Below, piece after piece: positions 30,385 to 39,731 of a DNA stretch of 64,000 nucleotides. The notes beneath the pieces were generated by a model, which was given only the letters and a program-made list of their open reading frames with translations, was not told the DNA's origin and did no database searches. Both the position numbers and the translations under genes were made by a program. Position 1 is the stretch's first letter. Every line of letters begins with the position of its first letter. This DNA comes from Gemmatimonadales bacterium (GTDB lineage Bacteria; Gemmatimonadota; Gemmatimonadetes; Gemmatimonadales; GWC2-71-9): assembly GCA_036377715.1 (NCBI GenBank), contig DASUXW010000226.1:1916-65915 (forward strand). Direction: 5' to 3'.

Positions 30385-31542
30385 ATGGCGTTTGTCTCTC
30401 CTGTGGTCGTCTTCTCGCATCTTCGTTGGGATTTCGTCTTCCAGCGACCGCAGCACATCCTCTCGCGGCTCTCGGTGAGCCGCCCGGTGCTGTTCGTGGA
30501 GGAGCCCGAGCCCGACCCGACGGGGCCTCCCCGGTGGGAGCGCTCGAGCCCCGCTGCCGGGGTGACGGTCCTTCGGCCCCGCACGCCTCGGCCCGAGGCC
30601 GGATTCCATCCGGCCCAGGTGGAGCTCATCGGGCCCATGCTGGACGAGGTCCGCACGGCGGCTGACAGCCCGGAGCTTCTCACCTGGCTGTACACCCCGC
30701 TCGCGCTGCCGCTGGCGCAGCAGCTCGATCCGGCGCTCGTGGTCTATGACTGCATGGACGAGCTCTCGCTCTTCCTCGGGGCACCGCCCGAGCTCGTGCG
30801 CCGCGAGGCGGAGCTGCTCGCGCAGGCCGATATCGTCTTCACCGGCGGCCCGAGTCTGTACCGGGCCAAGCAGGGCCGCCACCCGAACGTGCACTGCTTC
30901 CCGAGCAGCGTGGACGCCGTGCACTTCGGCCGGGCGCACGCGGGCGCGGCGGCGCCTCCGACGGAGCCCGACGACCAGCGCGGTCTGCCGCATCCACGCC
31001 TCGGCTACTATGGGGTGATTGACGAGCGCCTCGACCTGCCGCTGCTCGCCACGCTGGCCGACGGCCACCCGGACTGGCAGATCGTCCTCGTGGGACCGGT
31101 CGTCAAGATCGATCCGGCCGCGCTGCCCCGCCGACCGAACATCCACTACACGGGCCAGCGCCGGTACGAAGAGCTGCCGGCCTACCTGGCCGGATGGGAC
31201 GTCTGCCTGCTGCCGTTCGCGCTGAACGACTCGACCCGGTTCATCAGCCCGACCAAGACGCTCGAATACATGGCCGCCGAGCGGCCGATCGTCAGTACCC
31301 CGATCACCGACGTCGCCGAGCCGTACGGCGAGATCGTCCGCCTGGGCGACAGTGCCGAGAGCTTCGTGCGCGCCTGTGAGCACGCCCTGCGCGCCGACGC
31401 CGAGGACCGGGCGCGGCGTGCGGCGCTCATGCGCGGCGTGCTGGCCCGGACCTCATGGGATGCGACCGTCGCCGCCATGGAGGCGTGTCTCTCGGCGAGC
31501 CTCGCCCGCCGGGGCGTCCCGGCCGCCTCGGCCTCAGCTTGA
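30385..31542 (+). CDS. Glycosyltransferase (GT1/GT4-like, of the type often found next to UGM-like flavoproteins)
   Basis: The ATG start gives MAFVSPVVVFSHLRWDFVFQRPQHILSRL. The C-terminal region is ISPTKTLEYMAAERPIVSTPI. Confidence 0.8.
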   Translation: MAFVSPVVVFSHLRWDFVFQRPQHILSRLSVSRPVLFVEEPEPDPTGPPRWERSSPAAGVTVLRPRTPRPEAGFHPAQVELIGPMLDEVRTAADSPELLTWLYTPLALPLAQQLDPALVVYDCMDELSLFLGAPPELVRREAELLAQADIVFTGGPSLYRAKQGRHPNVHCFPSSVDAVHFGRAHAGAAAPPTEPDDQRGLPHPRLGYYGVIDERLDLPLLATLADGHPDWQIVLVGPVVKIDPAALPRRPNIHYTGQRRYEELPAYLAGWDVCLLPFALNDSTRFISPTKTLEYMAAERPIVSTPITDVAEPYGEIVRLGDSAESFVRACEHALRADAEDRARRAALMRGVLARTSWDATVAAMEACLSASLARRGVPAASASA

Positions 31543-31559
31543 AAGGACGTTCTGCGCAG

Positions 31560-33059
31560 ATGCCATCTTCGACTCCACCGGTCGTCGTCATCGGGGCTGG
31601 TCCCACCGGCCTGAGCGCCGCCTATCACCTCGGCCCGGACTCGCTCCTCCTGGAGCAGGCCGACCGGGTCGGGGGCTGGTGCCGGTCCATCGAGGACCGC
31701 GGCTTCACCTTCGACATGGCCGGCCACATCATGTTCTCGCGCGACCCGTACGTGCACCGGCTGTACGAGCTGCTGCTGGGCGACAACGTCCACTGGCAGG
31801 ACCGCGAGGCGTGGATCTACAGCAAGCAGGTCTATACCAGATACCCCTTCCAGGGCGCCCTCTACGGTCTGCCGCCGGAGGTGATCAAGGAGTGCATCGT
31901 GGGCGCCATCGAGGCCCGGTTCGGCAGCCTCGACGCGAAGAAGCCCGGCGCGGACCCCGCCCCCACGGCCGACTACGCCGGCCCCGAGCGGCGCGGGATG
32001 TTCGAGCCGCTCATGAAACAGCGGGGCAAGCGCCTGGCGTACACCGGGAGCGAGCGCCGGCGCCCCGTCCCGCACAAGGGACCGCCGCGCAATTTCGAGG
32101 AGTTCATCTACAAGGTCTGGGGCGCCGGGATCGCGAAGCACTTCGCCATTCCCTACAACCGGAAACTGTGGGCGGTCCCGCTGGACGAGATGGAGACCTC
32201 GTGGCTGGGCGGCCGGGTGCCGCTGCCCAACCTCGAGGAGATGATCGAGGGGGCGCTGCATCCGGTGGCCAGGCCGATGGGGCCCAACGCCAGATTCGGC
32301 TATCCACTGCGTGGCGGCTTTCAGGCGCTCATGGACGGGTTCCTGCCGCATCTTGAGGGCGAGTTGCGGCTGGGGACCCGCGTCGCCGCCGTCTCGCCGT
32401 CGCGCCACGCGGTCAGGCTGGATGACGGCCGCACGATCCCGTACGAATTCCTCATCAGCACCATGCCCCTGCCCCGGCTGGTGCAGGCCGCGGGCACCGA
32501 AGCCCCCGCGGAGGTGCGGCGCGCCGCCGCGGACCTGCGGCACGTCTCGGTGCGCTGCGTGAATCTCGGGATCGGGCGCGAGGAGCTCACCGAGAAGCAC
32601 TGGATCTACTACCCCGAGGACACGGTGTTCCACCGGATCTTCGTCCAGGGGAACGCCAGCCCGTCCTGCAACCCGCCGGGCGGGTTCGGGCTCACCTGCG
32701 AGATCACCTACTCCGAGGCGAAGCCGCTGCCCTGCGAGGGGGACGCCCTCATCCAGCGGTGCATCGACGACTGCCGCCGGGTGGGGCTGGTCGGGCCCGA
32801 CGACCCAGTGTGGGCCGCTAACCAGGTGGACCTGCCGATCGCCTACGTGGTGTACGACCACGCGCGCGCCCGCAACGTGGAGCTGATCCGCGAGTGGCTG
32901 GCGGCGCACGACATCGTGCTGGCGGGGCGGTACGCGGAATGGGAGTACTACAATTCGGACCACGCCTTCGTGGCGGGCCGGAAGGCCGCCGAGCAGGTGC
33001 GCGACCTGCAGCAGGCGCGGGACGGTGACGTTCGATCTCCGGCGACGGCGACCGGGTGA
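31560..33059 (+). CDS. FAD-dependent oxidoreductase, UDP-galactopyranose-mutase / amine-oxidase-like
   Basis: Internal ATG MPSSTPPVVVIGAGPTGLSAAYHL (GxGxxG). RVGGWCRS...GFTFDMAGHIMFS...YPFQGALYGLP resembles eukaryote-type UGM-like proteins. Confidence 0.75.
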   Translation: MPSSTPPVVVIGAGPTGLSAAYHLGPDSLLLEQADRVGGWCRSIEDRGFTFDMAGHIMFSRDPYVHRLYELLLGDNVHWQDREAWIYSKQVYTRYPFQGALYGLPPEVIKECIVGAIEARFGSLDAKKPGADPAPTADYAGPERRGMFEPLMKQRGKRLAYTGSERRRPVPHKGPPRNFEEFIYKVWGAGIAKHFAIPYNRKLWAVPLDEMETSWLGGRVPLPNLEEMIEGALHPVARPMGPNARFGYPLRGGFQALMDGFLPHLEGELRLGTRVAAVSPSRHAVRLDDGRTIPYEFLISTMPLPRLVQAAGTEAPAEVRRAAADLRHVSVRCVNLGIGREELTEKHWIYYPEDTVFHRIFVQGNASPSCNPPGGFGLTCEITYSEAKPLPCEGDALIQRCIDDCRRVGLVGPDDPVWAANQVDLPIAYVVYDHARARNVELIREWLAAHDIVLAGRYAEWEYYNSDHAFVAGRKAAEQVRDLQQARDGDVRSPATATG

Positions 33060-34308
33060 CTTCGTCTGGGCGACGGGGATCGAGAACACCTTCGTCCCCC
33101 AGACGCGGCCCGGCCACCGCGCCCTCGACGAATACCAGCTCATGGGGCACTACGAGCACTGGCGCGAGGACCTCGCGCTGGCGCGTGACCTCGGACTGCG
33201 CGCGGTCCGCTGGGGGGTGCCCTGGTACCGGGTCGAGCCGTTCGAGCCGGGCCGCTTCGACTGGAGCTGGACCGACCAGGTGGTGCCCTACATGGTCGAG
33301 AAGCTCGGCATCACGCCGATCATCGACCTCATGCACTACGGCTGCCCGTTCTGGCTGCGCCGGGAGTTCGCCAGCGCGGCGTACCCCGAGGCGGTAGCGG
33401 CCTACGCCGAGGCGTTCGCCCGCCGCTACGCCGGTCTGGTGAAGTGGTACACCCCGCTCAACGAGCCGATCGTCACCGCGCTCTACTGCGGCCAGCGGGG
33501 GCTCTGGCCCCCCTATCTTCGCACCGAGCGCGGCTACGTAACGGTGCTCCTCCAGGTGATCGACGGCATCCAGCGCACCGTGGCCGCACTGCGCGAGGTC
33601 GACCCCGAGGTGGTGCTGGTTCACGTGGAGGCCAGCGGCCTGAGCCGGGCCGCGCGCGAGGACCTCCATGCCGTCGCGCGCGAGGAGCAGGCACGCACCT
33701 TCCTGCCGTACGACCTGCTCACGGGCCGCGTCACCCCCGACCATCCGCTCTTCGCCTGGCTGGTGCGGAACGGCGCCTCGCCCGACCGGCTGCTGGACAT
33801 CGCCGCCGCGCCCACCCCGTTCGACCTGATGGGCCTCAACTTCTACCCGCAGTGGTCCACCACCCAGCTCTACATCGATCGGCGCGGCCGGCTGGCGTAC
33901 CAGCCGGTCGAGCAGGACGGAGCCGGGTTCGTCGGACTGATCGAGAGCTACTGGGAGCGGTACCGGATGCCGATCATGGTGACCGAGACCAGCGCGCGCG
34001 GTGACGAGGCGATCCGCGCCCGCTGGCTGGAAGCATCGGTCGCGGCCATTCGCAATCTCCGCGGGCGCGGCGTTCCCGTGCTCGGCTACACCTGGTTCCC
34101 GCTGTTCACCATGATCGACTGGCGCTACCGCTTCGGCCGAGGACCGCTCGAGGAGTATCGCCTGGAGCTCGGGCTGTACACCCTCGATGGTCCCGAAGGC
34201 ACGCGCTGGCGCCCGACCCCGCTGGTGGAACAGTTCCGGAGCTACGTGAGCGATCCGGAGGCCTCGATCGGAGACCTCGGTGATCCGGCCCGGCCGGGAG
34301 GCGGCTGA
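33025..34308 (+). CDS. GH1-like (clan GH-A) glycoside hydrolase
   Basis: FVWATGIENTF...WGVPWYRVEP. The acid/base motif is YTPLNEP and the nucleophile-like motif is IMVTETS. The GTG start overlaps the upstream gene by 35 nt. Confidence 0.78.
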   Translation: MTFDLRRRRPGDFVWATGIENTFVPQTRPGHRALDEYQLMGHYEHWREDLALARDLGLRAVRWGVPWYRVEPFEPGRFDWSWTDQVVPYMVEKLGITPIIDLMHYGCPFWLRREFASAAYPEAVAAYAEAFARRYAGLVKWYTPLNEPIVTALYCGQRGLWPPYLRTERGYVTVLLQVIDGIQRTVAALREVDPEVVLVHVEASGLSRAAREDLHAVAREEQARTFLPYDLLTGRVTPDHPLFAWLVRNGASPDRLLDIAAAPTPFDLMGLNFYPQWSTTQLYIDRRGRLAYQPVEQDGAGFVGLIESYWERYRMPIMVTETSARGDEAIRARWLEASVAAIRNLRGRGVPVLGYTWFPLFTMIDWRYRFGRGPLEEYRLELGLYTLDGPEGTRWRPTPLVEQFRSYVSDPEASIGDLGDPARPGGG

Positions 34309-35435
34309 TGTCGCGGCTGTTCAGCTCGTTCTGGCTTGGCGGGTTCGAGTCGGCCCACCACATCAACCGGGTCGGCACCCGGCTCGACATGATCGCGGCC
34401 ACGCAGCACGACCAGCTGGTGGACCAGGACTACGCGCTGCTTCGCCAGCGCGGGATCCGCACCGTCCGCGAAGGGATGCGATGGCCGCTGATCGACCACG
34501 GCCGGCGGCTCGACTTCTCGTCCGTACGGCCGATGCTCGACGCCGCTGAGCGGTACGGGATCCAGATCATCTGGAGCCTGTGCCATTACGGCTGGCCCGA
34601 GGACGTGGTCCATGACACGGCGGCCTTCGTCGAGCGGTTCGCCCGCTACGCGGCCGCCGCCGCCCGGCTCGTCTCCGAGCACTCCGACGCGGTCCCGTTC
34701 TACACCCCGATCAACGAGATCTCGTTCCTGGCCTGGGCCGCGGCGGAGGTCGGCTACATGCACCCGCGGGAGATCGGGAACGGGGCGCGCCTGAAGGCGC
34801 AGCTCGTTCGCGCGGCGATCGCCGCGATGGAAGCCATCTGGGACGTCGAGCCGCGCGCGCGCATGATGCACGTGGATCCGCTCATCCACGTCGTCACCCC
34901 GGCCGGCCGCCCCGAGCTCGCCCGGGCCGCCGCCGACCAGCGCGCCGCGCAATTCGATGCCTGGGACATGCTGGCCGGCGGGCTCCAGCCCGAGCTCGGC
35001 GGCCACCCGCGCTACCTCGACGTCATCGGGCTCAACTACTACCACGCGAACCAGTGGGAGCACCCCGACCAGCGGCTGCGCTGGGAAGACGAGCCCCGGG
35101 ACCCGCGCTGGGTGCCACTGCACCTGCTGCTTCGGGAGGTGTACCATCGCTACGGTCGGCCGCTCGTCATCTCGGAGACCAGCCACTTCGGCGCGGGACG
35201 CGCACGCTGGCTGCGTGAGGTCGCCGACGAAGTGCAGCGGGCTCGCGACGACGGCATACCGGTGGAAGGGCTCTGCATCTATCCGGTGGTCGATCGTCCC
35301 GATTGGGACGACCCCGGGCACTGGCACCACAGCGGACTGTGGGACCTGCGTCCGGGTGAGGGGCGGCTGGAGCGGGTAGCCTGCGAGGAGTACCTGGCGG
35401 AGCTGGGCCGTATCCAGGCCCGGCTCCGGATCTAG
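34308..35435 (+). CDS. GH1-like (clan GH-A) glycoside hydrolase paralogue
   Basis: TGATG stop/start junction. FWLGGFESAHH...YTPINEIS...LVISETSHFG. It is shorter (375 aa) than its upstream paralogue. Confidence 0.75.
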   Translation: MSRLFSSFWLGGFESAHHINRVGTRLDMIAATQHDQLVDQDYALLRQRGIRTVREGMRWPLIDHGRRLDFSSVRPMLDAAERYGIQIIWSLCHYGWPEDVVHDTAAFVERFARYAAAAARLVSEHSDAVPFYTPINEISFLAWAAAEVGYMHPREIGNGARLKAQLVRAAIAAMEAIWDVEPRARMMHVDPLIHVVTPAGRPELARAAADQRAAQFDAWDMLAGGLQPELGGHPRYLDVIGLNYYHANQWEHPDQRLRWEDEPRDPRWVPLHLLLREVYHRYGRPLVISETSHFGAGRARWLREVADEVQRARDDGIPVEGLCIYPVVDRPDWDDPGHWHHSGLWDLRPGEGRLERVACEEYLAELGRIQARLRI

Positions 35436-38263
35436 CGCGGCGCCGCCTCCGCGGGGGCGCGCGACTTCGCCATCCGGGCGATCATGTCGCGCATCATGAT
35501 GGTGGCCACCGGGTGCGTCCCCAGGTGGTCGCGCAGACGATACGTGCACATCATGAGCCGCCCGCGGTCGATCGGCCGCTCGGCCACGAGCGCCACGATG
35601 TGGTGCACCCAGCCCACGAACAGCCCCGAGTGCACGTTGGCCGCGTAGTCGCGCGGACTCAGCCCGACGATGACCGTCTCGGGGGTGAGGTCGGCGAAGG
35701 CGAAATCCACCGTGCCGCCGCTCGGAATCCCCCCGAAGATCTTGTCCTGCCGGATCCAGCTCATGCTGCTGGCCCAGTCACCCTGCCAGCTCCGTCCGTG
35801 GCGCTGCGCGATGCTGATCGGACCGAGGTGGGCTTGCTGCGAGTCGGGACTCTCGGCCAGCCACAGCACCCGGCCACCGTGCTGGACGTAGGCCCGGAGC
35901 TCGTCGGTCATCTCCTCGACCACGACCAGATCGGCGTCGTCGACGTCGTCCGCCAGCTCGTAGCCCATGCTCGCGAGCCGGGATGCGAGCCGCGGCAGAC
36001 CCGGTGCCGCCACCCGGGCCGTCAGGTCGGCCGGCTCGACCCGCGGGAAGAAGTAGAGCTCGTGATGGTTGTAGGTCACGACGTCGCCCGCCGCGGTGAG
36101 CAGCCGCATCTCCAGCCGGGCGCGGACCGCGGACTCGACCCGCGGCACCTCGAAGACCACCGTGCCGACGTTGGTGAGCTGCGCCCGCTCCGGCCTGAGC
36201 CCGTCGAACCGCCCCCGGATCCCGGGCGAGAAGTCCACCGACCACTCCACCCTGGAGCCGCGCAGGTCGAGCGACGAGAAGTGCGAGAGCCCGAGCCGGA
36301 CCTCGCACCGCTCGCCCGCCCAGAAGGCGATCCGCTCCCAGTCGGTCGGGATGATCGCGTCGGCGCTGTTGACCTGCCCGATGACGTCGAAGTACGCCTT
36401 GGGGTTGCGGCACATGTCGAGCAGGCCGTTGCTCTCCCAGTGCACGTCGGTGAACTCGGTGATGACGTAGCCCACGATGGCCGGATAGCGGCGGATCTGC
36501 TCGATCTGGTACTTGAGCGCGGTGAACTGCATCCGCTGGCTCGCCGCCGACAGGTCGCCGAGCGTGGCAAACACCTTGTCGAGATGGAAGGCCTTGAAGC
36601 GCTGCTCGATTCCGTGCGGGTAGACCACCCCATCGCCCCACTCGATTCCGGTCTCGAACCACCAGGGCTCGCCGCCGTAGCACTCGCGCAGCTTTTCGAC
36701 GTCAGGAAGTCCCCAGTTGCCGAACTCGGAGACCACCATCGGCTCGCTGCCCTTCCGCCGCACCTCGGGCGCAGGCTGGCGCGGGAGCGGGTTCCACGGG
36801 TCGCGCATGTACTCGCGCCACGACTCGATCCCGGCGTACTCGTGCGCGAAGGTCCACGGCGGCCGGCTGGCGAAGGTGCGCACCCAATCCTTCCACATCC
36901 GGTAGTGGTCCGGCATGGCGTAATAGTTGTGGAAGTCCTCGATGTCGGTGACCACGTGGAAGTTGGTGAAGCACGGCGAATTCCCCACGACCAGCCGGTG
37001 CGGGTCGAGCGCCTTGAGCTCCGCGTAGGTCTCCGCCAGCCAGGCGCGGTGCCCGGCGTTGACCGCGAGGTCCACGCCCCAGTTCTCGTTGACGATGGTC
37101 CAGATGATGATCGAGGGGTGGTTCCAGTCCCGCTCCACCATCCCGAACAGCGTCTCGTGCGCGCGGCGCTTGGCGGTCTCGGTCAGCTCCTGCCAGTTGG
37201 GGAGCTCGGTCCAGATCAGGATGCCGGCCCGGTCTGCCGCGTCGTAGTAGCGAGGATCGGTGATCTTGATGTGGGTTCTGAGGCAGTTGAGCCCCATGTG
37301 CTTCGCCTGGGCGAACTGCGCGTCGAGCTCGGCATTGCTGAACGGCGTGTAGATCAGCTCGGGGTAGTAGTCCTGGTCGAGGGCCCCGCGAAGGTACAGG
37401 ATGCGCCCGTTGAGCAGCAGATGCCCGCTCGGCGACGTGGCGATGGTCCGCATGCCGAACCGGGTCGCCTGCACGTCGAGCGGCAGGCCGTCGTCGCCGA
37501 GCAGCTCGCCCCGGAGATCGTACAGGTTGGGCGCGATGGTGTCCCACAGCATCGGCGAGGGCACCGGCAGCTCCAGCTCGGGTGCCGCATCGTCGGGTGG
37601 GAGGGCCATGTGGTGCTCCCGCGCCTGGTCCGCGGGATCGGTCACGGTGAAGCGCACCTCGCGTCCCGGGCCCGGCGGCCCGCTCAGGTGCACGCGCACC
37701 CGGATGCGCTCCTCCGGAACCTCGGGGGTGACACGGAGCCGCTGGATGTGCAAACTCGGGCGGCGCTCGAGGTAGACGCTCTGCCAGATCCCGCCGATCG
37801 GCCCGTACCAGCTCTGCTTGCCGTGGGGGATTTCGGCGAAGGGAAATTCGGGAAGCGTGTCCTCGTCGTTGCCCGGGTCGATCACCCGCACGACGAGCGT
37901 GTTGGGAGCGTCGAAGCGGATGGTGCTGGTGACGTCGAGCTCGAAGGGCAGATACCCGCCTTCATGCTCGCCGACGCGCTCGCCGTTGACCCAGACCACC
38001 GCGTGGTAGTCCACGGCGCCGAAGTGCAGGATCTCCACCGCTTCGCCGGCGTCCGCCGGGTCGGGCGCGGGCACCTCGAACTCGCGGCGGTACCACGCCA
38101 TCCCGCTGTAGCCGCGGAGGTCCTCGAACTGCGCCTGCCACGGACCGGGCACCCGGATCGGCCGGCCCGCGGCCTGGCTGCCGAGCGCATCCGGCGCGAA
38201 GCCGCGGGCCGGGTCAGGAAAGAACTCCCACACGCCATCGAGGTCGATACGTCTGCGTTGCAC
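35432..38263 (-). CDS. Glycoside hydrolase family 2 (beta-galactosidase / beta-mannosidase-like) with large C-terminal extension
   Basis: IDLDGVWEFFPDP...VWVNGERVGEHEGGYLPFELDVT. The acid/base motif is IIIWTIVNENWG and the nucleophile motif is VVSEFGNWG. The start is uncertain: GTG at 38263 or TTG at 38332. Confidence 0.85.
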   Translation of the reverse strand: MQRRRIDLDGVWEFFPDPARGFAPDALGSQAAGRPIRVPGPWQAQFEDLRGYSGMAWYRREFEVPAPDPADAGEAVEILHFGAVDYHAVVWVNGERVGEHEGGYLPFELDVTSTIRFDAPNTLVVRVIDPGNDEDTLPEFPFAEIPHGKQSWYGPIGGIWQSVYLERRPSLHIQRLRVTPEVPEERIRVRVHLSGPPGPGREVRFTVTDPADQAREHHMALPPDDAAPELELPVPSPMLWDTIAPNLYDLRGELLGDDGLPLDVQATRFGMRTIATSPSGHLLLNGRILYLRGALDQDYYPELIYTPFSNAELDAQFAQAKHMGLNCLRTHIKITDPRYYDAADRAGILIWTELPNWQELTETAKRRAHETLFGMVERDWNHPSIIIWTIVNENWGVDLAVNAGHRAWLAETYAELKALDPHRLVVGNSPCFTNFHVVTDIEDFHNYYAMPDHYRMWKDWVRTFASRPPWTFAHEYAGIESWREYMRDPWNPLPRQPAPEVRRKGSEPMVVSEFGNWGLPDVEKLRECYGGEPWWFETGIEWGDGVVYPHGIEQRFKAFHLDKVFATLGDLSAASQRMQFTALKYQIEQIRRYPAIVGYVITEFTDVHWESNGLLDMCRNPKAYFDVIGQVNSADAIIPTDWERIAFWAGERCEVRLGLSHFSSLDLRGSRVEWSVDFSPGIRGRFDGLRPERAQLTNVGTVVFEVPRVESAVRARLEMRLLTAAGDVVTYNHHELYFFPRVEPADLTARVAAPGLPRLASRLASMGYELADDVDDADLVVVEEMTDELRAYVQHGGRVLWLAESPDSQQAHLGPISIAQRHGRSWQGDWASSMSWIRQDKIFGGIPSGGTVDFAFADLTPETVIVGLSPRDYAANVHSGLFVGWVHHIVALVAERPIDRGRLMMCTYRLRDHLGTHPVATIMMRDMIARMAKSRAPAEAAPR

Positions 38264-38346
38264 GCCCGTAAGAGAGACACACCGGTGCGCTTTCGCAAGC
38301 GGATTACCTTTCCACGAGGTGCCCTCACCCAAGGAGCGTCGCGCGC

Positions 38347-38712
38347 ATGGTGCCCGTCTACCTCGGTCTCGGTCTCGCTGCAGGTGTGCTCTCGGGTCTC
38401 TTCGGCATCGGGGGAGGCCTGCTCATCGTACCGGGGCTCATGCTGGCGGCCAGGTTTCCCATCAAGCTGGCGCTCGGCACTTCGCTCGGCGCGCTCCTCC
38501 TGCCGGTCGGGCTCCTGGGCGCCTACACCTACTGGGAGCATGGGCACGTGGACCTCCGCGCGGCCGTACTGATCGCCGTCGGTCTCACGGGGGGCGCCTT
38601 CGTGGGTGCCCGGATGGCGCAGGCAATCCCGGCCGACACGCTCCAACGCATGTTCGCCGTGTTCATGCTGGCCATGGCCGTGCACCTCTGGATCAACGCC
38701 GGGACGGCATGA
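38347..38712 (+). CDS. TauE/SafE-family anion exporter, half-size (121 aa, about 4 TM)
   Basis: LGLAAGVLSGLFGIGGGLLIVPGLML...LGTSL has the TauE signature. It is only one of the two repeats found in the usual ~250-aa proteins. Confidence 0.75.
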   Translation: MVPVYLGLGLAAGVLSGLFGIGGGLLIVPGLMLAARFPIKLALGTSLGALLLPVGLLGAYTYWEHGHVDLRAAVLIAVGLTGGAFVGARMAQAIPADTLQRMFAVFMLAMAVHLWINAGTA

Positions 38713-39164
38713 AGATCACGAGCCCGGCCTTCGCCCCCGGCACGGCGATCCCCGCCGAGCACACCTGTCAGGGCGCCGGCACTTCGCCTCCCCTTGCGTG
38801 GAGCGAGGTGCCGGTGGGCACCCGGAGTCTCGCCGTGGTGGTGGACGATCCCGATGCGCCGCGCGGCACCTGGGTGCACTGGGTGCTGTTCAACCTCCCG
38901 TCCGACGCGGTCGAGCTCTCCCCTGCCGTTCCCCGGTCGCCCGAGCTTCCGTCGGGGGCGCGCCAGGGGCTCAACGACGGGGGTGACGTGGGGTACGGGG
39001 GCCCGTGCCCTCCGCCCGGCGGTCCGCATCGGTACTTCTTCCGGCTGTACGCACTCGACTGCACACTCAACCTCGACCCGGGCGTGAACCGCTCCGACCT
39101 CGATCACTCGATGAGGGGCCACGTTCTGGATCAGGCCGAGCTCATGGGGACATTCCAGCGATGA
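38709..39164 (+). CDS. PEBP / YbhB-YbcL family protein (Raf-kinase-inhibitor-like)
   Basis: ATGA overlap. MKITSPAFAPGTAIPAEHTCQG...SPPLAW...VVDDPDAP...WVHWVLFNLP...GYGGPCPPPGGPHRYFFRLYALD. Confidence 0.9.
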   Translation: MKITSPAFAPGTAIPAEHTCQGAGTSPPLAWSEVPVGTRSLAVVVDDPDAPRGTWVHWVLFNLPSDAVELSPAVPRSPELPSGARQGLNDGGDVGYGGPCPPPGGPHRYFFRLYALDCTLNLDPGVNRSDLDHSMRGHVLDQAELMGTFQR

Positions 39165-39703
39165 TTCAGCACACTGTTGCCGCGCTGCTCGCCTTCGCGC
39201 TCGCCGCGGCCGCCTGCTCCCGATCGCCGGGTGCCGAAGGGACCTCGCCCGAGCCGATCGCCAAGGGCACCTTCCACAACGCCGAAGGGCAGCGGATCGG
39301 GGTCGCCACCTTCACCGACAGCGGCGGGAGACCGCAGCTCGAAGTGAGCGTCTCGCAGCTCCCGCCCGGGGTCCACGGCTTCCACGTCCACGCGGTCGGC
39401 GTCTGCACCCCGCCCGACTTCAAGTCGGCGGGCGGGCACCTGAACCCCGACGACACGCACCACGGCCGACTCAACCCCGACGGACCCCACCTCGGCGACC
39501 TGCCCAATCTCGCGGTCGGCGCCAATGGCTCGGCCGACACCACCTTCGCGGTGTCGGCGGCGCTGCTCGGCTCGGGCGCGGGATCGCTCTTCCAATCCGA
39601 GGGCACGGCGCTGGTGATTCACGCCGATCCCGACGACTACCGCACCGATCCCAGCGGCAATTCGGGGGACCGGATCGCCTGCGCCGTCATCGAGCGCGGC
39701 TGA
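39161..39703 (+). CDS. sodC: Cu/Zn superoxide dismutase, lipoprotein
   Basis: ATGA overlap. Lipobox ALAAAAC. HGFHVHAVGVC...GGHLNP...GDLPNL...HADPDD...GNSGDRIACAVI. Confidence 0.93.
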   Translation: MIQHTVAALLAFALAAAACSRSPGAEGTSPEPIAKGTFHNAEGQRIGVATFTDSGGRPQLEVSVSQLPPGVHGFHVHAVGVCTPPDFKSAGGHLNPDDTHHGRLNPDGPHLGDLPNLAVGANGSADTTFAVSAALLGSGAGSLFQSEGTALVIHADPDDYRTDPSGNSGDRIACAVIERG

Positions 39704-39731
39704 CGCTCGTGCCGCCGGTCTGCCGCATCGC

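Noticed and set aside
38347-38712. Half-size TauE gene as a pseudogene fragment.
   Set aside because: The ORF is intact with its own start and is precisely coupled (ATGA) to the next gene. No second half lies in any frame nearby. I treated it as a genuine short family member.
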